Part shown: piece after piece, positions 1 through 11,273 of the stretch
Layout: each line of letters begins with the position of its first letter
Position numbering within the stretch: the first letter of the stretch is position 1
Source of the DNA: Octopus sinensis
Taxonomy: Eukaryota
Direction: 5' to 3'
Length of the DNA: 64,000 nucleotides
Assembly: GCF_006345805.1 (NCBI RefSeq)
Contig: NC_042998.1
Coordinates: 24,118,001-24,182,000 of the forward strand
Notes under the pieces: generated by a model
The model's database searches: none
What the model was told of the DNA's origin: nothing
The model's input: only the letters and a program-made list of their open reading frames with translations
Program-made: the position numbers and the translations under genes

Positions 1-280
1 TGTACACATATATGTTATCAGACACACATACACACACATGTATGCACATGCACACATCCACATGTGCATACATGCATACACACACGTATATACATGCACA
101 CACATATGCACACATACACACACATGCACATACACACACATACACACACTTGCACAGCACATACACATATACACACACAAATGCATACACACACAGACAT
201 ACTCACATGCACATACACGAGTGCACCCACGTACACACACACACACAAATGTGTGTGTGTGTCCATATGTGTGTGTATCA
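1..280. repeat. Degenerate (CA)n/(CATA)n microsatellite
   Basis: Alternating CA/TA runs. The His/Thr and Val/Cys ORFs here are repeat translations. Confidence 0.95.
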
Positions 281-789
281 AACCCGCTTCATCACGCTCA
301 ACCTCATTTCACATCTGCTTTCTAGGCCAGTGTAGTTTGGCTGGGTTATCATGTTAGTTAGTTAGTTAGTTAAATTGGCTCAAAAGCAAATAGCAAGGCC
401 ATGTAGGGGGACATGGAGTTAAGTACAGGGTGGTGTTCATGATCCAAATCAATTCTTATATCAACTTATTACCCTTCCAGATCAGTATTTTTACTTTCTA
501 TGATTTCTATGGCTGGAAACACTCCTTATATACCCGACCACTTCAGGGCATGTGCTGTGTGTCTTTCTTCATGGCACCAACACTAGAGGAGTTGCTGTGT
601 CTTCAGCAAGACTATAAAACTCTTGTCTATTCTGCAGCATTTATGCTTGTTCAACAATAGCATGTCCAAGACAGGGCTCAGTTGAAGAGAGAAAGTGATG
701 AGTGAAGCAACAAGTGTTTTAGAAGAAACAGGGTATTATCTGAAGGTGGTCAAAGCATTATCTGAAGGTGGTCAATGCTCATGCTCCCC

Positions 790-970
790 AACTGGCTCCT
801 GTGCTAGTGGCATATTAAAAGCACCCACTACACTCATGGAGTGGCTGTTGTTAGGAAGGGCATCCAGCCAGATCGGAGCTTGGTGCAGCCTCCTGGCTTC
901 CCAGACCCTGGTCAAACCGTCCAACCTATGCCAGCATGGTAAGCAGACGTTAAAGGATGATGATGATGAT
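790..970 (+). mobile_element. SINE-like repeat family R (RTE-type 3' end, (GAT)n tail), diverged copy
   Basis: Contains ttaggaagggcatccag...gtccaacctatgccagcatgg...ttaaaggatgatgat, shared with many copies in the window. Confidence 0.8.
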
Positions 971-1462
971 AATGGTGATGATATATGTGGGAAAGAAAGT
1001 TAACCCTTTCATTACTGTATTTATTTTGAGATGTTCTGTGTTTCTGCTAATTATTTTAAATATAACAAAGAATTTAGTAAAATAACATCGTTATCATTGA
1101 GCTAGTGTTAGGAACATAAATTGTGACTTAGATATGATGGAAGATTTTAATTCAAAACTTATGAAAACAAGACATTTGTACCTCAGAGCCAGAGCCGGTT
1201 TCAGCGTGGTTGGTAACGAAAGGGTTAAACAAGATTATATTAGAGTTCCTGTGCATGCTTCCTCAGTTTCACCACTATGGTGTGGCGCTCATCATGGCAT
1301 TATGATAACTGAATAAACGGCTCAGCATTTCTAGTTCTGTGCTCCATTGCTCTGAGTTCAAATACAGTTTGAGTCAACATTTCTTTCACTTTTCCTTTTA
1401 ACAATAAAATAATTCCAGTCATAAGCTGGTTAGACTCAATTGACTATATTTATTTACCCCAA

Positions 1463-2245
1463 GGTGGCGAGATGGCAGACATGTTACCGTGCCGGACGAA
1501 ATGCTTAGCGGTATTTTGTCTGTCGTTACGTTCTGAGTTCAAATTTCGCCAAGGTCAACTTTGCCTTTCATCCTTTCAGGGTCGATAAATAAAGTACCAG
1601 CTTCGCGCTGGGGTCGATGTAATCGACTTAATCCCTTTGTCTGTCCTTGTTTGTCCTCTCTATGTTTAGCCCCTTGTGGGTAGTAAAGAAATAGGTATTT
1701 TGTCTGCCATTACATTCTGAGTTCAGATTCTGCTGAGGTCGACTTTGCCTTTCATCCTTTCAGGGTCGATAAATAAAGTACCAGCTATGCACTGGGGTCG
1801 ATGTAATCGACTTAATCCCTTTGTCTGTCCTTGTTTGTCCTCTCTATGTTTAGCCCCTTGTGGGTAGTAAAGAAATAGGTATTTCGTCTGCCATTACGTT
1901 CTGAGTTCAGATTCTGCCGAGGTCGACTTTGCCTTTCATCCTTTCAGGGTCGATAAATAAAGTACCAGCTTCGCACTGGGGTCGATGTAATCGACTTAAT
2001 CCCTTTGTCTGTCCTTGTTTGTCCTCTCTGTGTTTAGCCCCTTGTGGGTAGTAAAGAAATAGGTATTTCGTCTGCCATTACGTTCTGAGTTCAGATTCTG
2101 CCGAGGTCGACTTTGCCTTTCATCCTTTCAGGGTCGATAAATAAAGTACCAGCTCCGCACTGGGGTCGATGTAATCGACTTAATCCCTTTGTCTGTCCTT
2201 GTTTGTCCTCTCTGTGTTTAGCCCCTTGTGGGCAATAAAGAAATA
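1463..2245 (+). mobile_element. tRNA-derived SINE family M: one head plus four tandem 184-bp body units inside one 17-bp TSD
   Basis: Units start with ggtatt at 1510, 1694, 1878 and 2062. The TSD tatatttatttacccca lies at 1445-1461 and 2246-2262. The body gcctttcatcctttcagggtcgataaat resembles the Meta/Sauria-type SINE core (family name is inference). Confidence 0.9.
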
Positions 2246-3411
2246 TATATTTATTTACCCCACACAATTCTGTATGATTCTGTCCTTTCAAAAGAATAGA
2301 AATTAAATAAAAACTGCAAACCGTAGTTCAATAAAAGGTTAGTGATAATTTAATTTTAATGAGACCTGAATATTTTGCAATTAATTCACCTATAAAGAAT
2401 AATTTAAATTATGAAAGAAGACATTGTAAGTGGTTGATATGTTTGCAAACAGTGTTAGTTATTGAAGATACATATAGTTATGCTATCAACCTCCAGTTTA
2501 TACGACTTGACACAGGAATAAATGAAAAGATAAAGATTAATGAGATTTTGACATCTGTAATTACTATCAGGATATATTAGTGACATAAGGGATGAAAGGA
2601 AACATAAGCACCACATTTATTAAAATATAATCCAGGAATCTTACACATTTGACCTAAATATCAGAGGTGATGCCATGTGAAGCCATATTATTAGTATGAT
2701 ATTTAAAAATATGAATTCATTGAAACATGGTGCTTACCATGAGAATGCTTATTCTTCTTATATGAATTCATAATCTGCATTCAAAATTAGATTTTGCCAT
2801 TAGTCTAACTTCGATTAATAATTTGATGCCAAGACATTATTAAATGAACTGATGTGAATTTACGAAGATTCCAAAACCAAATTGTTTTTACTTAGATTAA
2901 ATATCTCATGAATTGTAGTGGCTAGGGATTTTTCAGACAAATTATTTTGCTTAGAAACCATCATCTAATTTGTTTAGGAAATAAACAACCAAGTCTAAAA
3001 GAAATCATTCTTCATCCATTAATTTGTTTTCTGGTTGATACTTTAAAAAGAAATCTCCATTTGAAAATTTGTCGAAAAAAATATATATATAAATTGAGGG
3101 AATGAATCTTTTGATTAATTCATTTGACTTCACAAATGATTTTAGAATCTCAGTGGATGGTAATGTTGACTTGAATAGCAATAAATTTACATAAATCTCA
3201 GCAGAATGAGAAAAATAGTGTAAAGCTGTAATTTCATTACCATATTTAGCGATTTCAAGTAGACTTTTTCCATCAAATTAAATATTTAACTGAAATACAG
3301 ATATCAAATCGAAAGTATCTTATTTAACAGAGAAGTTAATTCTGATATCTCAACAACCCTTCAAGTTCAAATATATTTAGATTTTGGGGTAGAAAAATGT
3401 TAAAACTGTTT

Positions 3412-3414
<3 letters not shown>

Positions 3415-3443
<29 letters not shown>

Positions 3444-3596
3444 TTAACATCTGTTGTCCCTGCTGGCATGGGTTGGACAGTTTGCCAGGAGCCACACCAG
3501 ACCCTATTGTCTGTTTTGGTATGCCCTTCTTAGTGCCATCTACTTTACAGAATGTATTGGGTGCTTTTTACATGGCACCAGCTGTAATGCTTTTTA
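3415..3596 (-). mobile_element. SINE-like repeat family R, diverged
   Basis: (CAT)n tail followed by tttaacatctg...gcatgggttggacagtttg. Confidence 0.7.
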
Positions 3597-3930
3597 TGAG
3601 AGCTCAAAATCTCTCGTGGAAGCGCCATCCAACCAAAATGCAAATATATGGGAAACTACCACCTGTGTCATCTCTTGTGAAAGGTAGGAGAGTCCAGTTT
3701 GCTGGACATTGTTGTAGAGCTGAAAAAGAGGTAATTTCTACTCTCCTCCTCTGGAAGCCATCTACTCGCAATGCCAGAGGGCGCACACTCTCCTACCCTG
3801 ATGTAATCTCCAGGGATACAGGCATCCAGCAACAGGACCTCCGTAATGCCATGATGGACTGTGAAGTCTGGCGTAGCATGGTAAATTCCATTGTCTCGAC
3901 CACGGTCGAACAATGATGATGATGATGCTT
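3597..3930 (+). mobile_element. 3' fragment of an RTE-like non-LTR retrotransposon
   Basis: Peptide RAQNLSWKRHPT...RRVQFAGHCCRAEKE...WRSMVNSIVSTTVEQ followed by a (TGA)n tail. Near-identical to the minus-strand copy at 34880-35210. Confidence 0.8.
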
Positions 3931-4575
3931 TTTATGTGGAGCCATCACTAGTGCTTCTTATATAACACATCACCAGTTCTTTTTACATGGCACCAGCACC
4001 ACTGATTTTTATATGGCACCAGCACCAGTGTTTTTTATGGAGAACCAGAACCAGTTTTTTTCTTACATGGCACAAGCACTGGGGAATTTTACCTGACACC
4101 AGCGCAGCTGCTTTTTATGTAGCACCAGAACTGATCAGGCCATCAAGTACCTTGCAAAACAAAACCCCTCAACTGGGAGCAGGGAGGAGTATTGAGGGTG
4201 TGTGGCTTTGTTCTAGTTAAGAGATTTAATGTATTGAGGGGCAGATGTCATGTCAAAATCTTTTATGAAATTTATATTTCAATTTCATTAATATAATATA
4301 GCCATGTGGTTTAAAAGATTACTTTGCAGCTATATGGTTTTAGATTTTGTCCCACTGTGCAACACACAGGTTAAGTTCTATTGTAGCCTTGTACTGACCA
4401 AAGATTTATGGATGAATCTAGATGAGAAATGAAAAAAAACCTATCATATGAGTGCATCTACATGCGTGTGACACAGAGTTTATGTTTCCTTGTTTTGACA
4501 CTACATGCTAATTGTAAACAAATATCCCTGTCATACAAGTGGTGTAATTCGTTTGCAATATTTCATGAAAACAAG

Positions 4576-4803
4576 GGTGGCGAGCTGGCAGAATTGTTAG
4601 CATGCCAGGTGAAATGCTTAGTGGTATTTCGTCTGCCGTTACGTTCTGAGTTCAAATTCCGCTGAGGTCGACTTTGCCTTTCATCTTTTCGGGCTCGATT
4701 AAATAAATACCAGTTATGCACTGGGGTCGATGTAATCAACTTAATCTCTTTATCTGTCCTTGTTTGACCCCTCAATGTTTAGCCCCTTGTGACCAATAAA
4801 AAA
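4576..4803 (+). mobile_element. SINE family M, full length
   Basis: Head ggtggcgagctggcagaa, B-box-like gagttcaaattcc, conserved body. Confidence 0.9.
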
Positions 4804-4957
4804 TTTTTTTTTAATGCCATGGAAACATGCCTGGCTCTTGTGCTATTCAAGGGGAAATATTACCTTGCTTGTAAACAATTTGGAGTTAGTGATAGGAAAA
4901 AATCAAGCCATAGAAAATATGCCCCAGTGGATTTTGGCCGACCCATGCGAACATGGA

Positions 4958-5163
<206 letters not shown>

Positions 5164-5589
5164 TGATGAATTAACATCTGTTTTCCATGCTGGCATGAGT
5201 TGGATTGTTTGACAGGATTCTGTGATCCACAATACTGTGTCATGATACAATATATATACATATATATACATACATATATATACATATATATACATATACA
5301 TACATACACATACATACAAACATACATACATACATACATATATGTATTATATAATTGTTATCAATCCAAACAAGTGGAGGAAAAGACGGAACAAAGCTGA
5401 AAATGCACAGAGAATATATCAGAATTAATTAGAATTTAATTATATTTTAAAATATAGGAATGCACTTTACCGGTTTCTCATTAGATTTTCAAAAGTGTAT
5501 AATATTTGGAACTGATTTGGGGAATGAATATATATATATGATATATACACATATGTATAGAGCATATATATATGTATCTACATGTGTAT

Positions 5590-5621
<32 letters not shown>

Positions 5622-5638
5622 TTGTGTGTGTCTGTGTT

Positions 5639-5686
<48 letters not shown>

Positions 5687-6308
5687 TGTATGTGTGTGTT
5701 TGCCTTGCTTGTGTTTATTTACGTAAAAGCTGAACTCAATAAAGCATTATCACATCAGATTGCTGTGATTAACAACACTCATTTAAGACAAAAACCGTTC
5801 TACCGAGAGGCAAATAACAGAAACGATGTCTGATTACAGTTATAATGGTGGAATCGTCCAAAAATAGACACTTCATCATTAATGGCTTCTTTCAGTTTTT
5901 TTTTTTTTTTTTTCTAATTAGGTTTATTCCCCCAGTAGCTAAAATATTTCGATGCCATCTTGTACTTGATGTATATAATGCCGTGGTGTAGCTGTAAATG
6001 CTGCAAAATCATTAGACTTATTCACTGATTTTGGCATCTATCATGGACTTGACAGCAATCAATAGATGTATTATTGTTGTTATTATTGAATAATCTTGAT
6101 GAGTTTCGTCTAAACAAATGTATAAATGTTACAGGAGTCACCCAAAAGTTGTCAAACATGAAATTTGAACCGGGAAATCTGAGTAAATATTAAAATTTAC
6201 TGCTGCTGTTACTGTTGTTGTTGTTGTTGTTGCTGTTGTTTAGCCCCGGGTCAATCTTGATTAAGTGGTCCTACAATCATCGACATTTCAACAGTGATTA
6301 TCTCATGT

Positions 6309-6309
<1 letters not shown>

Positions 6310-6347
<38 letters not shown>

Positions 6348-6620
6348 GTTTAACGTCCGTTTTCCGTGCTAGCATGGGTTGGACGGTTCGACCGGGGCCT
6401 GGGAAGCCAGGAGGCTGCACCAGGCTCCATCTTGATCTGGCAGAGTTTCTACAGCTGGATGCCCTTCCTAACGCCAACCACTCCGTGAGTGTAGTGAGTG
6501 CTCTTTACTTGCCACCGGCACAGGTGCCAGGGGAGTCTGGAAGCAGCCATGATCAGTTGGTGCTTTTTATGTGCCACTGGCACAGAAGCCAGTCAAGGCG
6601 GCGCTGGCATCGGCCAGGCG
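6310..6620 (-). mobile_element. SINE-like repeat family R with 5' tandem subunits
   Basis: (CAT)n-cgtttaacgtccg...gatgcccttcctaacgccaacc...gtgccaccggcac. Confidence 0.85.
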
Positions 6621-7319
6621 GCGCTGTCATTAGGCTAAATTTCTTTTCCATTTTTTTTTTTCAAAAATTAGTTAAGATCTGATATGAGGGAGACTTGGCT
6701 GCTATTTTCTAACAGATGACTCAACCAAAAGCTTTCCTTAGTCATTGTCATTTCTCGAGGCTGTAGTGCAACAGTAAAGTTCTTTCCTAGATGGACGTAT
6801 CCATTGAAGCCACTTCACTTTTAGAGGCCCAAAATGAAGGCACAAAATCACAGTAGTCCATTGCTTCTCCTTAAAAATTACTGACATTGAGCTCAAGCTA
6901 TAAATCAACTGTGCTATCTAAGCTAGGGCTATTTAACTAGGCTAAGGCTAACAGCTTTACCAAGTATGGTAGCCCATTTTGCTATCGGCTTCCATATTTA
7001 CATGTCATTGCTTTCACTACCCACACATACACACACATGCTATCATGTTACCTACAATGGATTTTTCTTAGATTTTTCAATAGATTTTTCTCTCTTTTGT
7101 AAATATATCTTAGAAAAATGCTGTAATTGAAAGCAGCAATCTATAGTCATGGGATTTGAACATGCTATTCAGTCAATTTAAATCAGGTTACATTTATGAG
7201 TTTGTTTTGCAAGATTCTTGATGTGAAACCGTGTATTGAAACAGATATTGTTATGTTTTGGGATGGTCATCTTTTTTGTTGTGATATAGACTCATGCACA
7301 CAATATATAAACGAAGCCC

Positions 7320-7470
7320 ACAGGCATATGGTGTAGTGGTTAAGGGTGCTGGCAACTAACTCCAAGATTCCGAGTTTGATTCCAGGCAGTGACCTGAATG
7401 ATAAGAATAGGCAATGGCTCTCATGGCTTCTGATCTTAATTGATTGGAAGTGTTACCATGTACCATGTGC
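7320..7470 (+). mobile_element. tRNA-like SINE head plus body fragment (family related to 11100-11180 and 55960-56510)
   Basis: ggtgtagtggttaag (A-box-like) and gagtttgattcc (B-box-like), then ggctctcatggcttctgatcttaa, which is shared with 55977. Confidence 0.65.
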
Positions 7471-8061
7471 TTGGAGTTTATGGCAAGCTAATGATTTGGG
7501 GACCTGTAGCCGGCCCGACATTACTGAAAACAATTGTGCTGCATTTGTGGTTATGGAGGTTCCTGTCATCTAGCAGCACCATCTGTCTTAGTTGCCTTCT
7601 TTGATCATCTGACTGGTAAAATGCACACCAAACAGATTTTATGGAGGACCAGAAGACAAATTCTAGAATGATTGAGAAAAACCTGTCCGTGTCATCACTT
7701 CACACTGATTGGTTGATTAATAGACCAATCATGTGAAACTATGGTAGTTTGCTTGTTATGTCTGACCGCATATACACGAATACAGTTTCGAATCCCCATT
7801 ACACCCTTAATAACTACAATGAGTAGGAAACCTGACATTACTGGGTCTTGCCTCTCAACAGAGAATAAGAAAAGATAACTCCTTCATCCATTTCTGCTCT
7901 CCAATTGTTCTGTTCAACTTATTACCAAGCTCATTCTGTATGTATTTGCTTCAGATTAGTACTTGGTTCAAATTATTCAGACACTCATCAGCTTGATGAT
8001 GAAAATAAATAAATTTACTTTTTTAATTGAGAGCAATCAAGACTATAAAGATCAATATGTT

Positions 8062-8335
8062 TGAATTGGTTGTGGGATGACGTCAGCAGCTGGGTGCGTT
8101 GACCGGAAGTTGGGGCAACCAGAAGGGGCGGCCATGAGGCGTGCACAGGGAGCAGGGATTTCGGCCTTTCCAACGAGGGTCGTCGAGGTGTTAAGACGTG
8201 TGAAGACGTTGCTAAGGTTGGGTGAAGTAGCTGCTATCTTTAGCATTCGGGTTGAGGCTATGACGAAGGATCCATTACCACTGAAGGGTCTCTATCAGAG
8301 TGAAGAGAAGGTAGGTGCCTTTATATATCGACTAT
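8062..8335. promoter_or_regulatory. CpG-rich patch with clustered promoter-like motifs
   Basis: Within about 70 bp: reverse CCAAT (attggtt), TGACGTCA, CAGCTG, CCGGAAGT and GGGGCGG. Downstream are gccATG, AAG/GTAGGT and tttatata. The background is very AT-rich. Confidence 0.4.
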
Positions 8336-8397
8336 CTCGCACACACCACATTGGTATAATATATCTAAGTAGTCTCCTTTAGGTATAATATGTCTAA

Positions 8398-8799
8398 GTA
8401 GTCTCCTTTAGAGAGACTTAGTAATTTTAATATTTCTATTTTTGAAAACCAGTGGATGTATTCCACTGAAATTAGGTAAATAATCCTTCGAACAGACAGT
8501 CGGCAGCGATGCCTGCTGGACCTGGATACTCTGCATTGATAAAGGGCAAATACCCTGAAACACGTCTGCAGATGTCTGATCAGCAAGGGGAAGTGGCTGA
8601 TCTCACCTGTTCGAAGGTTATAATGGACACAGGTTCATGTGTCATATAGCTAGTTAGAGGTGATGGCCTCTGGAGCTAATCAACGGCAGCTTTAGTCTTA
8701 TATTTATGGACTGCCATATTAGCTTGGCAATAACTGTTAATTTCCAGTACCGCTGCCGTAGTCTCCTTTAGAGAGACTTAGAAATTTTAATATTTCTAT
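8398..8799 (+). mobile_element. Retrozyme-like unit A1: 360-bp unit with 42-bp terminal direct repeats and a hammerhead ribozyme
   Basis: gtagtctcctttagagagacttag(t/a)aattttaatatttctat at 8398-8439 and 8758-8799. Multiple internal hairpins; HHR at 8531-8571. Confidence 0.75.
8530..8572 (+). ncRNA. Minimal type I hammerhead ribozyme, U3-A8 core variant
   Basis: TCTGCA-TTGATAA-AGGG(CAAATA)CCCT-GAAAC-AC-GTC-TGCAGA. Stems I, II and III pair; predicted cleavage after C8566. Confidence 0.75.
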
Positions 8800-9789
8800 C
8801 TAAATACTATTTCCCTTATATTTTTGTCCATTTCAAAACTAAATAGTGATGGATAGAAAATACACATTTTATATACCAGTGGTTGGAAGGGTCTGATCTG
8901 TTAGCTTCTTTCTTCTTTCTTTTCTTCTTTTGTTTTGCAATGAAAGTCAGTGAAGCAACATTAAAGTTATAAAGAGACATAAATGGATTATATTTTTTCT
9001 TTAAAGTTGATGTCTTTTCTCTGAAGCACACATTTTCTTGGATTTTTCTGACTGGAAAGTCAGTTGTTGCTAAATGGCATATTTTGTTCCTTGAGATAAA
9101 CTTTCTTTATTTATTGGTGCTCTATAACATAAAAGAATCACTTATAAAACATTAAAAGAAACCATTATAAAACATTACTTTGCACCTGCGTGAGTTATGT
9201 GAAGATTATATCTGTTAAAACAGTTGCTCTTGGAAAAAAGAATCTACCTAGTGTGGAATAGTAAGTACAGAGAAAAATTATTGTCTGGCCAGAAAATGTG
9301 TGGATAAAGTCAGGTGCATCAGGTAGGGGGTTATTAATAATTTCATTGTAATTAGCATTTTAGGACCGAGAGTACAGTTTAGTCAGTTTGAAAACATGAT
9401 AACCTCTCTAACGTTGGTGCCACAATAAAATGTACTTAGCATGCTCTGTAAAGTGGTTGGTGTTAGGTTGGGTTTAGTGGTAGTCAGAGTTTAAAATTTT
9501 GTCAGTTCTGTAATGGACAAAGGCCATGATGTATCAAGTGATCTTAACCAACATTTAAGCCAACAGTTATTCCGGTACATTTGCGCGGGTGTTTAGAGTA
9601 ATGGTACTGGATGAGATGAGATGAGACTTTGTGAAGCAGTATTCTATAACCAAATATCCTTCTTGCAGTCAAACCTTGCTAATTTTCAAGTAAGGTACTT
9701 CTAGTGGTCTTCCCATGTCAAACCCCTGAGGTGCCAGACATCGTTTATAGGAGACATAAATAAACATAATGTGTTGTTGATGGAGACAT

Positions 9790-9933
9790 ATACATCATAT
9801 ACATACATTTTTCACTCACAAGGCATCTGTCAGCTCAAGGCATTTGCTGAAGGTGCCATGCTGCAGTGGGATTGAACCTGTAACCATGTGGTTATGAATC
9901 AAACTTCTTGACCACACAGCCATACCTGTGCCT
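9790..9933 (-). mobile_element. SINE family C (CORE-like) head fragment
   Basis: gtgggattgaacctgtaaccatgtgg...accacacagccatacctgtgcct matches the family C head. Confidence 0.7.
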
Positions 9934-9959
9934 GCAGTCATGCATCTGTGGCTTTGCAT

Positions 9960-10896
9960 TAATATTAGAAATCAATAACGGGTGAGATAAACTTTCCGTA
10001 TTCAAGGTATTTTAGTATCAGTGTAAACGACATACAATGGCTAGTAATTAAAAGAGCTATTGTGGTGGAAATTCATTTGGGGAATTATCGGAGAAGGATA
10101 GAAATTCCAGTAGGATTATTGTTGTTGTTAATGGTTTTATCAAAATTAGGGGGAAGAAATTAAGAAGAAATTAGAAATCTGAGAAACAATTGGAGATTTT
10201 ATGTATTTCCTCGCTGTGTATTACACCGAGGCTTTTATTACCTTAAGTCAAAGTTTCCCTGAATATTGTGCTATACATGGTAATAGGCAGTTATGAGCGA
10301 AGCTTTCCAGATGTTCTAAGCACAGTTTTACTGCATACATTGGAGAATAACATTTGGGAAGATATCTCATAGGTTTTAGACAAATCTGTGATGTTGAAGG
10401 TCGTGTTTAAAATAATGTTTATTTATGTCATATTTTATTGTTTCAGTTGTTACAGGTGTGAAATATATCTGCTTTGCTGTTATGGATTGTCAGCATAGAA
10501 TAGGTATAGATGTGATTATATTCAAATATTAAGTGAGTGCAGAATGAATTTGGTGTGACATGGGATTTAATTGTGGTGTAGGTGACAATTGCCTGATAAT
10601 GGTTTGAATAAACAATGAGGATTAAGAGGTAATTCATATAGTGGTTGGTTTAGAAACAAATTTGATGTGTCAAGGGTTTTTCTTTTGTAATCAAGGAAGC
10701 GAGTGAAGAAAGAAATTAATCAGGGAAGCTAATATATTGATCACAATGCTGAATCAAGGTATGTGGAACAGGGAACAAAATAAAGTTGGGTTAATTAAAA
10801 ATACTCAGAGTAGTTTTTAAAAAAGGGGATTCCAATGTAAAGTGATTAAAAGAGGCTATTAAGAATTAAGAGAATAATAGAAACAAAACATCAATT
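9960..10896 (-). pseudogene. Highly degraded Penelope-like RT/GIY-YIG remnant (continues at 13327-13560)
   Basis: Minus-strand translation near 10900-10800 (IDVLFLLFS*FLIASFNHFTLE) resembles the PLE RT YxDD...IKFTLE region. Many stops and frameshifts. Confidence 0.4.
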
Positions 10897-11036
10897 ACAT
10901 TATTTACATTTGATGGATATTTGTCCTCATCTTGTTTGTTGTTAACACAACGTTTCGGCTGATATACCCTCCAGCCTTCATCAGGTGTCTTGGGGAAATT
11001 TCGAACCTGGGATCTCTTTCCCAAGGTATTTTTCGA

Positions 11037-11040
<4 letters not shown>
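10897..11040 (-). mobile_element. Penelope-like terminal repeat (pLTR) fragment, family P1, left inverted copy
   Basis: Reverse complement of 13141-13290; ends in (TAT)n; carries an HHR. Confidence 0.8.
10944..10989 (-). ncRNA. Minimal type I hammerhead ribozyme (PLE type)
   Basis: Minus strand reads GACAC-CUGAUGA-A-GGCUG(10 nt)CAGCC-GAAAC-GUU-GUGUU, with palindromic ACGU stem III. Confidence 0.8.
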
Positions 11041-11096
<56 letters not shown>

Positions 11097-11099
11097 TGT

Positions 11100-11180
11100 G
11101 CCTGTGAACATATGGCATAGTGGTTAAGAGTGTGGACTACTAACCCCAAGATTCCAAGTTCAATTCCAGGCAGTAACCTG
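11100..11180 (+). mobile_element. tRNA-like SINE head followed by (ACT)n(AAT)n
   Basis: ggcatagtggttaag...caagttcaattccaggcagtaacctg, homologous to 7320-7400. Confidence 0.65.
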
Positions 11181-11256
<76 letters not shown>

Positions 11257-11273
11257 ATAATAATAATAATAAT

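Noticed and set aside
12-357. Numerous 60-210 aa ORFs rich in H/T, C/V, I/Y, D, S or N across the window
   Set aside because: They are translations of di- and trinucleotide microsatellites, not genes.
8136-8310. Possible first coding exon (gccATG...AAG|GT)
   Set aside because: The peptide has no recognisable features and no downstream exons were identified. It is kept only as part of the promoter-like observation.
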